From: Octopus vulgaris
Taxonomy: Eukaryota
Length of the DNA: 64,000 nucleotides
NCBI GenBank assembly: GCA_951406725.2
Contig: OX597838.1
Coordinates: forward strand, 2,480,001 to 2,544,000
Direction of reading: 5' to 3'
In this document: positions 27,931 through 42,380 of the stretch, one piece after another
How positions within the stretch are numbered: the first letter of the stretch is position 1
Layout of the letters: each line of letters starts with the position of its first letter
Position numbers and translations under genes: made by a program
The notes under the pieces: model-generated
Seen by the model: the letters and a program-made list of their open reading frames with translations, nothing else
Told to the model about the DNA's origin: nothing
The model's database searches: none

Positions 27931-29296
27931 TAGTTAGTTAATTTGGCTCAAAAGCAAATAGCAAGGCCATGTAGGGGGACATGGAGTTAAGTACAGGGTA
28001 GTGTTCATGTAAAGAGTTCAGGCCACTTGAGGTCCAGGGAGGCTTTGAACAAAGCGGTCGTCGGCATCTTCACCATCTCGTCTGGCAGCTTGTTCCACGG
28101 ATCCGCAACCCGGACGGAGAAAGCTCCTCTCCTTCGATTGAGATGAAATCGTCGCAGGTAGAGCTTTTCGGAATGACCCCGCAGCCGACGCTCCGGAGCA
28201 GGAGTGAAGAACAGCTCTTTCGAGAGGTTACACTTCCCGCTTATGATGTTGTGGGCGAGAATGAGATCACCACGGCGGCGGCGTTTTTCAAGAGAACAAA
28301 GGTCGAGCGTCCTCAGCCTTTCTTCGTAGGAAAAATTTTTGAGACCATGAACCATGCGGGTAGCCAGCCTCTGGACTCTTTCGAGGTGCTGTATGTCTTT
28401 GAGGAGATAAGGAGAAGAGGCTTGAATCCCATACTCCAATATGGGTCTCACCAGCGTGACATAGAGTGGCAGGAATATGGCTGCTGTGAGCATTCCGAAT
28501 GACCGTCGAATCAAAAACAGAATTCCGCGCGCTTTGTTGGCAGCATGGACGCACTGGGCCGAAGGCGAAAAGGAGGAATCCACCAAGATACCCAGGTCCT
28601 TTACCTGATCGGTCCTCTCCAGCAGCAGACGACCCGGCTCGAAATCAAGTTGAGTTGCAGGAGTAGAGTCGACAGGCAGATGACAGCACTTTGACACGTT
28701 CAGACACAAGTCTCAATCGTTAGACCACTTCCAAATTTGGTGGAGGCATCGACGAAGATCCTCTATACTACCACGAGGAGCGACCAGTTTGATATCGTCG
28801 GCAAATAGAAGGGTGTGTTGCGTGAGGTCGTCGGGCAAGTCATTTATGAAGACTAAGAACAACAAGGGCCCAAGCACTGAACCTTGAGGCACGCCACTGC
28901 TCGCACTGGATACGTCGGACCGCGAACCATTAACTTGAACTTGGAAGGAGCGATCTGAGAGGAAGGCACCAACCCATCGTACAATATCCGGATGGAAACT
29001 ATATGCTTGAAGCTTGACAAGTAGTAGGCGGTGGTTTACCGAGTCAAAAGCTTTGGCAAAGTCCAATAAAACGATGTCAACAGCATCACTATCATCGAGG
29101 ATGCGAGTCACCAATTCTTCCATTACTAGTAAGTTGGTGAAGCATGATCTCTTCGGCACGAAGCCGTGTTGGGAATCAGTGATCGAGGCTGTGTTTAGGA
29201 GGTGGAGCATCATACTTTTCTTAAGGATGGTTTCGAACATCTTGCTGATTATTGATGTAAGGGAAACCGGTCGGTAGTTAAGCGGGTCTTCGCGGC
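27931..29296 (-). mobile_element. Relatively young 5'-truncated CR1-group LINE (RT domain to 3'UTR)
   Basis: Motifs NYRPVSLTS, QHGF, LDFAKAFDSV, SGVPQGSVLGPLLF, FADDIKL, DLGILVD and LEKRRRRGDLI are present. One in-frame TGA (28713-28715) separates the two listed ORFs. A short 3'UTR ends in (TAAC)n at ~27931. Confidence 0.9.
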
Positions 29297-30165
29297 TGAA
29301 TGTACGAGAGAACCACTACAAAATGTCGTATTCCCAGAAGAGTTCCCCGAGGAATTCCGCTGCGGACTGATGTCTCCCCAGACAGAGCACCCTTGGTTGC
29401 AACTGCCTGAATTCTGCCCTTTAAAATGACGTGCAGCCATTCTCTCAGACTTCCAGGGATGCCAAGGTAGCATAGTTTGTGACATATCATCCTATAATGG
29501 ATTAATGGATTTTGTCAAAGGCCTTGGCAAAATCGTGATATATCACATCCACATTTGAGTGGTTGAGCTGCTGTTTCGGTACCCAATCATAATGCTGAAA
29601 TAACTGGGTGAGGCAGTTCCTCTCTTGGTGGAAACCATGTGCTGTGTTTGTGACAATGCATTCTACGACCTTTCTAATATGTGAAGTCAGAGCGATAGGC
29701 CTGTAATTTTTAGCATCTTCTCTGCTTCCTCCTTTATGGACTGGGCATATGACAAACTCGTTTAACAGTTTGAGAAGTTTTCCACTTACAAGGAAACTCT
29801 GATAAAGTTCCTGACGTAGTTTTGCGAGAGCTTTCTTGCATATGTTTCGGAGAACAAACGGAAATCCATCCGGAACCATTGCTCATCTCATCAATGGCGG
29901 ATATTACATCTTCCTCTTTTATGTTGATGTAATCGATGGTCACGTTTTCCCCATGTAGGTCTACATTGTTGAACAACTCTTTAAGCTCGCCTACTTGTCA
30001 AGTACTCAGAGTTCAAGTAAAAACACTTATTTAGTACTTCACTTATCCTCTTGGGGTCCGTCTGAAGTTAGCGAACCGTCTTCCTCAGTGCCCCTATCTT
30101 GTATGTATGTATATATACATACATACATTCATATATATATTCATATATACATAATACATACATAC

Positions 30166-30197
<32 letters not shown>

Positions 30198-31549
30198 GCG
30201 CGCGCGCACATACATATATATATATCTTCTAAGAGAATGTATTCGTACTTTTTCAGTCTTTACGAATAAAGCATCTGGTGCGACGCATTGTGGCAATATT
30301 CCTGCGACACATTGTGACAATATCAGATTGCTTCAACTTCTGCTGTTAGATTGATACAATGTTGGCATAACAACTGGGTCAATTACTCCTGATGTAATCA
30401 AAATGCAATATGATTTCTTTATTTTCTAATCCTTAATTATCTCAGAATTCATCCACCCAGTCGCCTGCACATTGTTGCTGTTTGGGAAATAGTGAGACTT
30501 GATATACGCTTACTATGTATGTTTGCATTACTTTGAATGCATACATATGCAGTGTGTTTGTGTGTGTGTATATCTGTAAACACACACACACATACACACA
30601 TACACGCAATTACGACACAGTTACTTATTATTTTCTTCCGACATGGGAAAATATTGGAGATTGCCTTTACTTGTTTCACAGCTTGTAGAAAATTCATCGA
30701 AAAGAGATAACTCACAAGCATTCTATAAACGAAAGAAAAATATATCAATTGCTATTTATATCGAACACAAACCAGAACTTTAAAATAATTTGAATACAAT
30801 TGACATAACTTTCGTTCGATGGCACCGCCATGAATTAAACACTGAGTATGGGATTCTTGTTTTCACGTGTATAGTTAAGTATTCTGATGTATAGTAAGTA
30901 TTAAATATGGAGATGAAATCTATATTTTTTGTTTTGAGTGTGAAAAAAATGACATGATATATTTATATTTGCTAGCGTTTCACACAAAGATCAGAGTTAA
31001 CTACACTGAAATCATCTGAGACTTTTACAATATACAACATCTTGTGCACGAATTATGATGTAATTCATAGATATATGCACGTGTTGATTCGTGTGCGTTT
31101 ATACTTGCATATACACACACACACAGACACACATATATATGCCATAGATAGTAATGCATATATAAATTCATGTATATTATGTCTAATGTCCAATATGAAT
31201 CACTTTTACGTCAGTTTACCTAGCACTAACATTGGGCTCTCTGGAGGCAATATTCATTGCAACAGACAAATTTTCAGGTATAAAAATGTTCTATTAGTGG
31301 TTTTCTGCCGATTTGTAAGAACGACTGACAAACCAGAATCAGAAGCCATGTTCTTTCTATGATGTCTTTCGCGGCTTTCATCGTCAAGTCTTTATTCGAA
31401 GCAAACCATTGCTGAAGCGTTGCAGAGCGACATAGAGAAGCAAGTAGGCGTCCTGACCCCAGGGCAATTTCTCATATTTTCCTTTCGTCTCATTTTCGAA
31501 GTTATATCAAATTTGTTCTACAACCCACACACACACACGTATAAACATG

Positions 31550-31837
31550 GCACTTCGTCGGTTACGACGATGAGTGTTCCATTTGATCTGATCAATGGAA
31601 CAGCCTGCACGTGAAATTAACGTGCATATGGCTGAGCACTCCACTAACACGCGTACCTTTAACGTAGTTCTCAGGATATGACGAGACTGATCCATTTTAT
31701 TTACAGGTACAACAGATGATTGATTGGACTGCAGCAATTTGAAATGAAGGGTCTTGCTCAAAGTCATAAATCGCCGCTTGGAATCGAACTCACAATCGTG
31801 AGATGAATACCTTATCCACTAAGTCACTCGCCTTCAC
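31550..31837 (-). mobile_element. tRNA-derived SINE related to family C; another copy at ~61365-62080 (+, interrupted) and a remnant at ~37920-38030
   Basis: The head is gtgaaggcgagtgacttagtgg...gagttcgattcc. The body gatctgatcaa..gaacagcc..c.cgtgaaattaac is shared with 62010-62077. Confidence 0.75.
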
Positions 31838-31933
31838 TATATACTTATATAACATATATGCATTATATATATATATTAGCGAGATAGATACACGATAGAA
31901 AATAGAAAAAACAACATTCTTCATTAAATATAT

Positions 31934-32035
31934 CACTACAATTGTTTCAATACATTTTTATACCTTTAATACATTGTTGACATATTGTGTAATTATTATC
32001 ATACATCTCATATGTAAAATGCGCCTCTTCAGGTG
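31934..32035 (-). ncRNA. Type I hammerhead-like motif with long stem II
   Basis: The motif reads CAC-CUGAAGA-GGCGCAUUUU...AAAAUGUAUU-GAAAC-AAUU-GUA-GUG, with palindromic ACAAUUGU helix III. Confidence 0.6.
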
Positions 32036-32248
32036 TTTGTTTAAATAAATCTTTCCACGACACTTGCAGTGATTTTAAATGAAGAATTTTCGTTCATTCC
32101 GTTTTCAATTGCTTATCTATTTACATAAACTCTACGGATAGTATGGAATTCCTGAAAATTCAGGAGAATTTCCATTCTATGATGACATCAGGTTGTCAAT
32201 AATTGTGAACGAACTCTGCATAGCATTCTGCAAGGATTTTACCCGAAG

Positions 32249-32290
<42 letters not shown>

Positions 32291-32291
<1 letters not shown>

Positions 32292-32605
32292 CTTTGCAAA
32301 TTCTGTTTCGCAATGATAGGGAGAGCCAACATAGAAGGATCAAAAAGTGACGTCGCTGCGAACATTTGGCCGTCATAAGCCAATTATCCCTGTGGTAACT
32401 TTTCTGACACTTCTCGGCGGACGCATAACTCGCCGCTCTTTGGAAAGGATCGATGGGCCACGCTTTTGCTGTCCGTGTTCGTATTAAAAATCGAGATCGA
32501 GAGACCTTTTGCCCTTTTGTCCGGCTGAGCTCGCCTCGACCCATCTGCGTTGCCGTCTGAGAGACGTACCGCACCAGTCAAACTCCCCGACCGCCACTGT
32601 TCTCT
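32291..32605 (-). pseudogene. Diverged 28S (LSU) rRNA fragment, domain V / peptidyl-transferase region
   Basis: The plus strand is the reverse complement of conserved LSU sequence: caatgataggRagagccRacat-gaaggatcaaaaag..gtcgct, ttatccctgtggtaacttttctgacac, gtaccgcNccagtcaaactcccc. It carries substitutions and an internal deletion. GC-rich sequence to ~32670 may be an expansion segment. This is not an rDNA unit. Confidence 0.92.
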
Positions 32606-32670
32606 ACTAAGTGTCACGCATCGGCTGCGTCGGCGTTCGTGAACGTACTGGACATGCATCGTGCGCTTCG

Positions 32671-33999
<1,329 letters not shown>

Positions 34000-34103
34000 G
34001 TATAAGTAATAATATAGGGTGAAATTAATTAATTTGGAATAATCATTCATTTCACCAAGTAGATTTCGGCATGTAAAAGCCTCATTCGAGGAAAGTTTAA
34101 GTA

Positions 34104-34258
34104 ATACTAAGTAATTAAGGGTTTAGCAACGATTTGCCTCACAACACACCGAATTTAGAAATAGCAGTCAAAGAGAATAGCTATAACTCTTTGACTGCTA
34201 TTTCTAAATTCGGTGTGTGGTGAGGCAAATCGTTGCTAAACCCATAATTACTTAGTAT
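34104..34258. repeat. Near-perfect palindrome (~73-bp arms, ~9-11-nt loop) within an insert in (TA)n
   Basis: atactaagtaatta.gggtttagcaacgatttgcctcac...gcagtcaaagag and its reverse complement ending at 34258. Confidence 0.9.
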
Positions 34259-34271
34259 ATATATGTATACG

Positions 34272-34303
<32 letters not shown>

Positions 34304-34656
34304 TGTATGTATGTATGTATGTATGTATGCATCTTTGTATGTATGCATGTATGTATGTATGTATGTATGTATTCTTATATTTATTATTCTTTTACTCGTT
34401 TCAGTCATTTGAGTGCGGCCACGTTGGAGTACCACCTTTTTTAGCCGAAGAAATCGACCTCAGGACTTATTCTTTCGGTGTCTTTTGCCGATTTTGCCGA
34501 ACCGCTATATATATAACGAGTGTTTATGATGTTTTGAATGGAAAGAGTGCTCTTTCACAGGGATTTATTTTCTCCAATCCTATACCGGTTTCATTCCATA
34601 TCGATTAATATTCTTTGGATTTCATCAATCTGTGTTAGTGCTGGTGATAACACTTA

Positions 34657-34963
34657 TTTTGTTTGTTTCTTCTCGAGCCATGCCTGGCTCACAAGGGCCG
34701 GTATCCCCATTTACTGGGCGTATAGGTTCCCCACCTGAACGGGACGCCGGTCCGTCGCAGGTGAGCTGCAAGATGCAGGAGGAAAGAGTGCGAGAAAGTT
34801 GTGGCGAAAGAGTCAGCAGACGTTCGCCTTTACCTTCTGCCGGAGCCGCGTGGAGCTTAGGTGTTTTGTTCATAAACACACACATCGCCCGGTCTGAGAT
34901 TCGAATCCGCGATCCCTCGACCGCGAGGTCTGCAACACTAACCACTAGGACATGCGCCTCCAC
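34657..34963 (-). mobile_element. tRNA-derived SINE family D
   Basis: The minus strand reads gtggaggcgcatgtcctagtggttag (A box)...gattcgaatctc (B box), with a 3' tail gaagaaacaaacaaa. There is no full cloverleaf or CCA. Confidence 0.75.
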
Positions 34964-35049
34964 TGTTAACACTTATGAAGTTCCAATTGTTGTTATAGAT
35001 GTTTTCATCCCTTCGACACTGGAGAACAGCATTTTAATAATATAATAAA

Positions 35050-37080
35050 AGGAAAATGGAGAGTTCGAATACAGAAAAATCAATTTATTCATATAATAGT
35101 CAATTTCATATCACCTACGTACGTTTCAATTTCTTACCTTCATTCATATTTTGCAATTAACATTGCATTATGCATTTAAAAGATAAAAATCTCTTCACGG
35201 CAAAAATTGACAAATATTCATTCATATCCTAATAGATGGAGAGTTGCTTACAGACTGAGATAGCAGCATACTTTTCTGTGTTTGTGTTTGTCAGCAGCTA
35301 GGAAACCCATTATAAAATTTGATAATAAGAAAGAACACTAGCGATAGCTTTGATATTACAATGGGATCTGTTGACTCAGCACAGGTTACAGATTTAGTGG
35401 AGTATATATTTTATTTAACTTAAGTATTTAATTTCCAGAGCAAGCGGCAGATCTATACAGGGATGACGCACTTTTTACTCTAGATAAACTATCTAATAGG
35501 TGACTGGAAACATGTAAGAAAACATTTTGTAAATGCTTCGAGAACGGAGGACTATCCATAACTATCGAAAGTGAACACAACTCCGTCAACTTCTTTGACG
35601 TTAACCTCAATCTAGAAACCCTACCATAAGGCGAATGCCAACCTAAGATACGTTAACATAACCATCCAAGAAGCATTATTGATAGACTAGTTGAAAATAT
35701 ATCAAAAAGGATTTCGAATCTCTCGTCGAATGCGGAAATATTTAAACAGAATATAGACTATTACGATATAGCAGTAATTAAAGCAGAATATAATGAAAAA
35801 AATTAATATATTATGGACCAAAGATAACTCTTATAATAGGAACTATACGCATGAAGTCAGATACAAACAAACATTAAAATACTATGAACCAAACAAATTC
35901 TGATAATAAAAACTACGAGCAAAATGGTATTCACAATAATAGAATTAAAATGGAGGAAAATAAACATAAGGAAAATGATTAAAGATGGAATTCGATATCA
36001 AATAAATGAGAATGATATAAGAATAAAAACAACAAGAAAAAAATTAGAAAGTATAAATATACTAAAAACAAATAACAAGGATAGAAACGCTGAGGAAATG
36101 ATAAGATTTAAAGATAACAGGATAGAAGGTCAAAGATAAAACACTATAATAATGAAAATTGTGACTACTTAAATAAAAACAAACTAAATAGGATAAGAAA
36201 TAAGAAAAAGGTAGTAATTGAGAACCTAAACGGTAATATGCATAATAATTCTAAAAATAAAAGAACACGTTGTGTATAAAAGTAATTAACCTCCAGAAAA
36301 ATTCCTCTAAAAGGAATTATTATGAAAACAATATAGCATGGTTGATAATACCGTTTGCAAAACAAATTAAAACCAATATAGTGAAATTATTTTACAAAAC
36401 GGTAGCCAAACATTTTTCAAAGGGAAACAAATACCACAAAATAATAAACTTGCACAAATTAAGGGTGGGTTTCTTCGTTTCAAAAAATATTGCACAAATT
36501 ATATCTGCACTAAATACTAAAAAATTAAGGATTTCTCAAATACGAAAAGTAGGGAAAATACAAATGATTTAACGAAAAATATATATAATAACCTAAACTA
36601 TCAACAAATAAGATCAATACATCTAAATAAATAAAAATTGTTATAAAAATTGAAGTTAAATATATTGATTTGGATTCTTGCTAATACATATCTTACTTTA
36701 GTTTTATTTTGTTCACATCTGAGTAGAGATGTATATAGCCAGCTTTTATAAAACCGATCTAGCCATTGTCCACTATTGGTCGTAGTCTAACCTCAAGCTA
36801 TTATTAGAAAGGAATCCAAAAGTTTCACATGCTGACAAGCACAAACACACAAAAGCATGCATGCTGCTATTTCAGTCTGTCAGTAACTCTCCACCTATTA
36901 GGATGTGAATGAATATTTGTCAATTTTTGCTCTGAAGGGAATTTTACATTTTAAATGCATAATGAAATGTTAATTGCAAAATATGATTGAAGGTAAGAAA
37001 TTGAAACGTACGTAGGCGATATGAAATTGACTATTATATGAATAAATTGATTTTTCTGTATTCAAACTCTCCATTTTCCT
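35050..37080 (+). mobile_element. Penelope-like retroelement (Neptune-like RT), 5'-truncated and decayed, with inverted ~250-bp pLTRs (35050-35296 / 36830-37080)
   Basis: Plus-strand remnants are FDITMGSVDSAQVTDLVG, YRDDALF, VNFFDVNLNL, NHPRSII..ISKRISNLSSN and IAWLIIPFAKQIKTNIVKLF..KHF..KYHKIIN. The two termini are reverse complements and each holds a hammerhead-like motif. Confidence 0.88.
36926..37020 (+). ncRNA. Hammerhead-like motif in the 3' pLTR (mirror copy ~35110-35205, minus)
   Basis: The motif reads uuugcu-CUGAAGG-GAAUUUU...AAGAAAUU-GAAAC-GUAC-GUA-ggcga. The mirror copy has GUGAAGA, so the two together imply an ancestral CUGAAGA. Confidence 0.6.
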
Positions 37081-37097
37081 GGTATTAAATTATATTA

Positions 37098-37167
<70 letters not shown>

Positions 37168-37474
37168 TACACATATATATATATAACTTAAGCATGTCCA
37201 GACTGCTTAAATATGTTGCTCTAGTTTCCGAGTAAGATTCTGCTCATTTTGTTTTCTTCGTTGAGGACAGTTGAGAGGGTATCACGTGGAGGATAGAGAC
37301 TGACTGTGGCGTTGTTGGACCGGTCGCAAGTCGCAAAGCTGGACCCAGGAATATACCAACAAAAGCAGAGCAAGTGAACCTCTTGCCACAGTGCATGAAC
37401 TCACATCGGACGGACACACACACACGCACGCACATACATACACACATACATACACACACACACACACACACAAA

Positions 37475-37548
<74 letters not shown>

Positions 37549-37820
37549 CAGGTCGTGCAAATGTAGGTATACAGTTTTGAAAAAAGAAAACACATACAAT
37601 ACTCATTTATTTTTATCAAACAAATTAAAGTTACGATAAAAGTATTATCATAATTATGATAAATGTATTATTATGATTAATGACACTGAAAACATCAAAA
37701 TGAGGCAAACTAATTTAATGTGCCAGTAATTTTAATGAATTAATTATTATGACGTATACTTACTGTATACCCGGCTTTACACACCCTGTATATATATTAT
37801 GTGTTTGTGTGTGTAGATAG

Positions 37821-37857
<37 letters not shown>

Positions 37858-38996
37858 ATTGTGTATGTTTGTGTGTGTGTATGTTTGTGTGTGTGTATGT
37901 TTGTATGGAAATGGTCTGCCTCGTCGATTTCCATGGCTCTGCGTACGACTGTTTGATCATGTGGACAACCATTTCCTTAAATTCCACGTTAACAGGCTGA
38001 GTATTCCATAGACAAGTACCCCTTAACATACTACTTTGTTAGGGACACAAGTGTAACACAGTGGTAAACTATAAGACAGAAACGGGCATCAAAACTATGT
38101 CCAATGCCTCCTCCCACAATCCTATCTTGCTTCTTGTAACTTTTGTTCTTGAAGCTGAAGTAAGCCGTGACAAGCACTCCTGAACACCTTCACATTGGAA
38201 GACGTCCACAGGGCCTTCACGAAGTGGCCGGAACGCTAAACCACATGCATTAAGGACAGAAGATACTAACTCGAAGAAGCTTAGAGTTTTGTTGTTCTTT
38301 AATCAATGCCTTTCTTGAAAAAGTCTCGAATCTTCTGGAATGCATTTTGTATGTGAGTGTGTGATTGTATGTTCTTATTAGTGTATGTATACACGTCTTT
38401 GATTTTAGAGGTCAACCTCCATCATTTTATTATTACCAAAATGCAATTATCCCTTCAACAGGAGCAGTAACAGGAGCAGCAGCGGAGGTCAGCAGCAGGA
38501 ACCGTACAGCAGCTGTAAAGTCAACACCATCACCAGCACCATCATCACCTCAGCAGCAACAGCAGCGGCACCGGCAGCAGTAGCAGCAAGAGAATCGCAG
38601 AATAACAGCCATAAAGTGCAATGAAAACAACGCCGTGTTCAGCAATATTATTGCCGCAAGCTGTGAGTATGTCTTTGTGAATACCAGTCCATACACACGC
38701 ATACATATACGCATACGAAAACACTCACACACATACACACACGTGTACACACACACTTACATGTACACGTGCACACACATGCGCTTATAATTATCAACCG
38801 CAACATTTAGAAGCACCTGTAAACGCAGATGAAGCTGCGTGTTTTCTTTAGCACACCTGCACACGCACCTGCACATACACACAAAGGCACGCACGTACAT
38901 TCCTGTATACACACACACTCTCTCACACACACAGATAGATAGAGAGAGGGAAAGAGAGAGATGGATAGATAGAAAGATAGATATATATACGTACGC

Positions 38997-39035
<39 letters not shown>

Positions 39036-39210
39036 TATATACAGACATACGCAAGCAGACTCACGCACTCAAATAACTTTGTTGTATGTCCATGCATTCA
39101 TTCTAGCATACAGACATGCTTACATGCATACATACATGCGTACATACGTGCATGCATTCATGCATAGAAATATCCTTTCACTAATACAGACTTCAAAATA
39201 GATCGATCCG

Positions 39211-39243
<33 letters not shown>

Positions 39244-39410
39244 GCAAAAACTCAAAAACACATACAGAAAATATAATTCTCTCAAATATACTTCCGTTTG
39301 TTCAATACTCCTAGTTTCGTGTGTACCCCAGCGGCTGCATCGGTCGTACTTTCCTATCAAGAGTACAATCATATCAAACATATACATTCAGACACACACT
39401 GAACACACAC

Positions 39411-39453
<43 letters not shown>

Positions 39454-42121
39454 TGCATACAAATAAACGTTTAACATATAAATATACCCGAGTACACACA
39501 TGCCTGCGCAGCGATATCGAATCCAGTGAGATGAGATCCATTCAGAGATTCTCGAATAGAAAACACTTGGAAGCGCTCAAAGGATTCGAACTTACGCACC
39601 GAAATCTTTGCAGGGGACCAAGATTTGGTCCTCACAGTAATGTTGCAATTGCAACGATTACTAACCGATGCTCTAGAAACATATGTAGGTCTGTTCAGGC
39701 TGTATTTATATATACAGATGAATTAAAGGTAACGTTAAGCTACTTCGCAATAACCCTTGTGTGTGTGTGTGCGAGTGTATGTGTGTGTGTGTAGCATGAG
39801 AAATCTGTATAAAGTTGCTGAATCTCGTAACATATTAGGCGTTAGAGCACCAGTGGTGCACTCTGACAATGGTAAATACCAAGGCCTCATTACTCCGTTG
39901 AAGTTCCAGTTACTCATAAGTTCTTTGATTCTAATCGATAATTTTTCGAAACTCCGCTCTCTGGAGCCGACATCTTGTTTTCCTCTGCTCTATGATAATC
40001 ATCTCCTGAACTTGTCGCCCACTTATTTATTTACTTCGAAGTTCCTTATACTACAGAGGACTCAGATTCTGTTTGGGGAAAGTCGCAAAATCTTGTCCAC
40101 GGTCAAAAAGGCGGACTAACCTATATAAACTACACACAGGTTATACTGTACTTCACCAGATATATGTAGATTTATAACTAGTTCTGTGTGTATATAGATA
40201 AATGTAAACATCTTGACTGTATACACAATATTTCCGCGTGTAGAAATAAAGAGGGATTCGAACTCGTTTCCGTCCCGTTTTGAGGTTTCACCAGTGAGGT
40301 CTTGCTCTTTTAACCTATTCTCGAACACACACGCCTTTAATCCCGATTACTACAAGTTTAAGTAAATCGGATTGACTAATTCTGAGTGACTAGTTTAATT
40401 AATAACTTGGTAATAGGCTGATTAATTTTATTCTTGGGTATTCAGCAAGAGTGGAATCCCAGCATAGGACTGAAACTATGACGCCTCTATTTATGTCCAC
40501 AAAAATATTGTCTATCTCAGGATAATCCAATATTGAGGATCATTTCCCTGTCGAAGCTTAATATCGAGAGATGAGCCGAACGGCAAACCACTTCGAAAAC
40601 TCAATCCGTAATTAGGGTGTAGAATATGCAGAGACAGCAGAATATGGCGGAGAAAGTCTTTGTATAAAATGTCTAAGGAAAATGAATTGTCAGAGGACAA
40701 GTCTCTGCATCTGACAGAGTTGTAGACCCACAAACAGAGTTAATTTATCATTACATGTTGATATATAGAGCAGTGTTGTTAATAATTAAACGTGTTGTGA
40801 TTGGTTGTTTTGGAAACCAAAGACGGAACGGAATCTGATTGCTTAGCACAATATTTGTCAATCTGACCGACTGGAATTGTACTACAATCCTTCCTTCCTT
40901 TTTTCAAGACAGACAGATCACATAGACACACACACACACACACAGATATTTAATATACTCATATACACAATACGACTTTCCCACAATCTTCTGATTGCAT
41001 GCTTGTACACACACATTAATGCATTCATAGACATAACCACTCACACACACACACTCACACACACTCACACATATGCACACTCAATATGACTTACACACAC
41101 ACACACAGGCATGCACACACGCATACATGCAGAAGGGAGAAAAAAAGGCTTTCATTTGTCAGGAAAAACTTATCTTACCTTTGGTAAATATTCGTCAAAC
41201 TTACCTGGACACCACAAGCAATAGGGGCCAATTTATACGGCCCCTAAAATAGAATACATGCACAGAAACTTCCGCACTGTCAAAACATACCATGCTTCCA
41301 AACGCACACACACACACGCATTCATAGATATGAACACAAATACACACACTCACATTGAATGCCTTACTCATGTTGTTGTTGTTGTTACTCTTGTTATTTA
41401 GCCTCAGGTCACTCATCACCTGTAGATTAGTACCAGCAATAGCTTTTGGAAGGCAGCCAATCGTGGAGCGGACTGGGGTCCTCTTCAGAGTGGGATACTA
41501 TTGTAATCTTACGTCAAGCACTACAAACAGTTAGGTCTCTCTCTCTCGTTTCTCGATGTGCTGTCAAGCTAGTCTGTTGTCCTCTAAAAGAAATAGCACA
41601 TTATTTTATATCATTTAGAGATCAGTATCTCCGGGTAAAAGGGCGTCGACTGAAACATTCTTCTCTATAGTTATCTAGAAGTGTCCTGACAATGTCCAGG
41701 CAAGGGATAGCATTTGATGTCTGAGTCGGGGTAGATCTTCAAGAATGTAAATATAAGGTCTTAATTTTGCTATAAGCGCAATCGATAATGGTTCAATGGA
41801 ACTCTTTGAATTTGGTTTATGAAAATACGCCTCAGTGTGTTAACTTCCCTATATCTCTCCGGTGCTTCATCTCTCGATTGGATGATTTCGCATCACGTGG
41901 ATTACTGACACATCGGGACTCCGACGCTTCTGTGTCATTATGCACTTTACAATCTAACTTACTAATTAAGTAATTAACTATTTAAATAACTAGCTGCCAG
42001 TTAATGGCAACCATCTGGTTTGGGAAGCTTTCAATTTGTATGATAGCCTGCTTTTGGGAACAGACAAAATTTGCCGTATCATTAGTCATTTTAGGTTCGG
42101 AATTCATACTAGCTAGCTAAT

Positions 42122-42176
<55 letters not shown>

Positions 42177-42256
42177 CCTACTCATCTATTTCTCTCTATC
42201 TCTCCTTCTTTCCCTCTTTCCCTAAATATATACATGTGTGTATGTGTGTATGTATG

Positions 42257-42305
<49 letters not shown>

Positions 42306-42339
42306 GCATATGCATATATATACATATATATATATATGG

Positions 42340-42380
<41 letters not shown>

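Larger units (their letters stand above)
26930..30090 (-). mobile_element. Older, decayed CR1-group LINE split into three pieces (30090-29297, 27930-27884, ~27488-26930) by later insertions
   Basis: The RT motifs run collinearly on the minus strand. Piece 1 has NYRPIALTS, DFAKAFDK and SGIPRGTLLG. Piece 2 reads TLTSYADDTKVSQA (27930-27889). Piece 3 has VRDLGIHMS, GWILRSF, SQLWSP and LYSLERSSERY..IWTILEGL. Confidence 0.82.
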
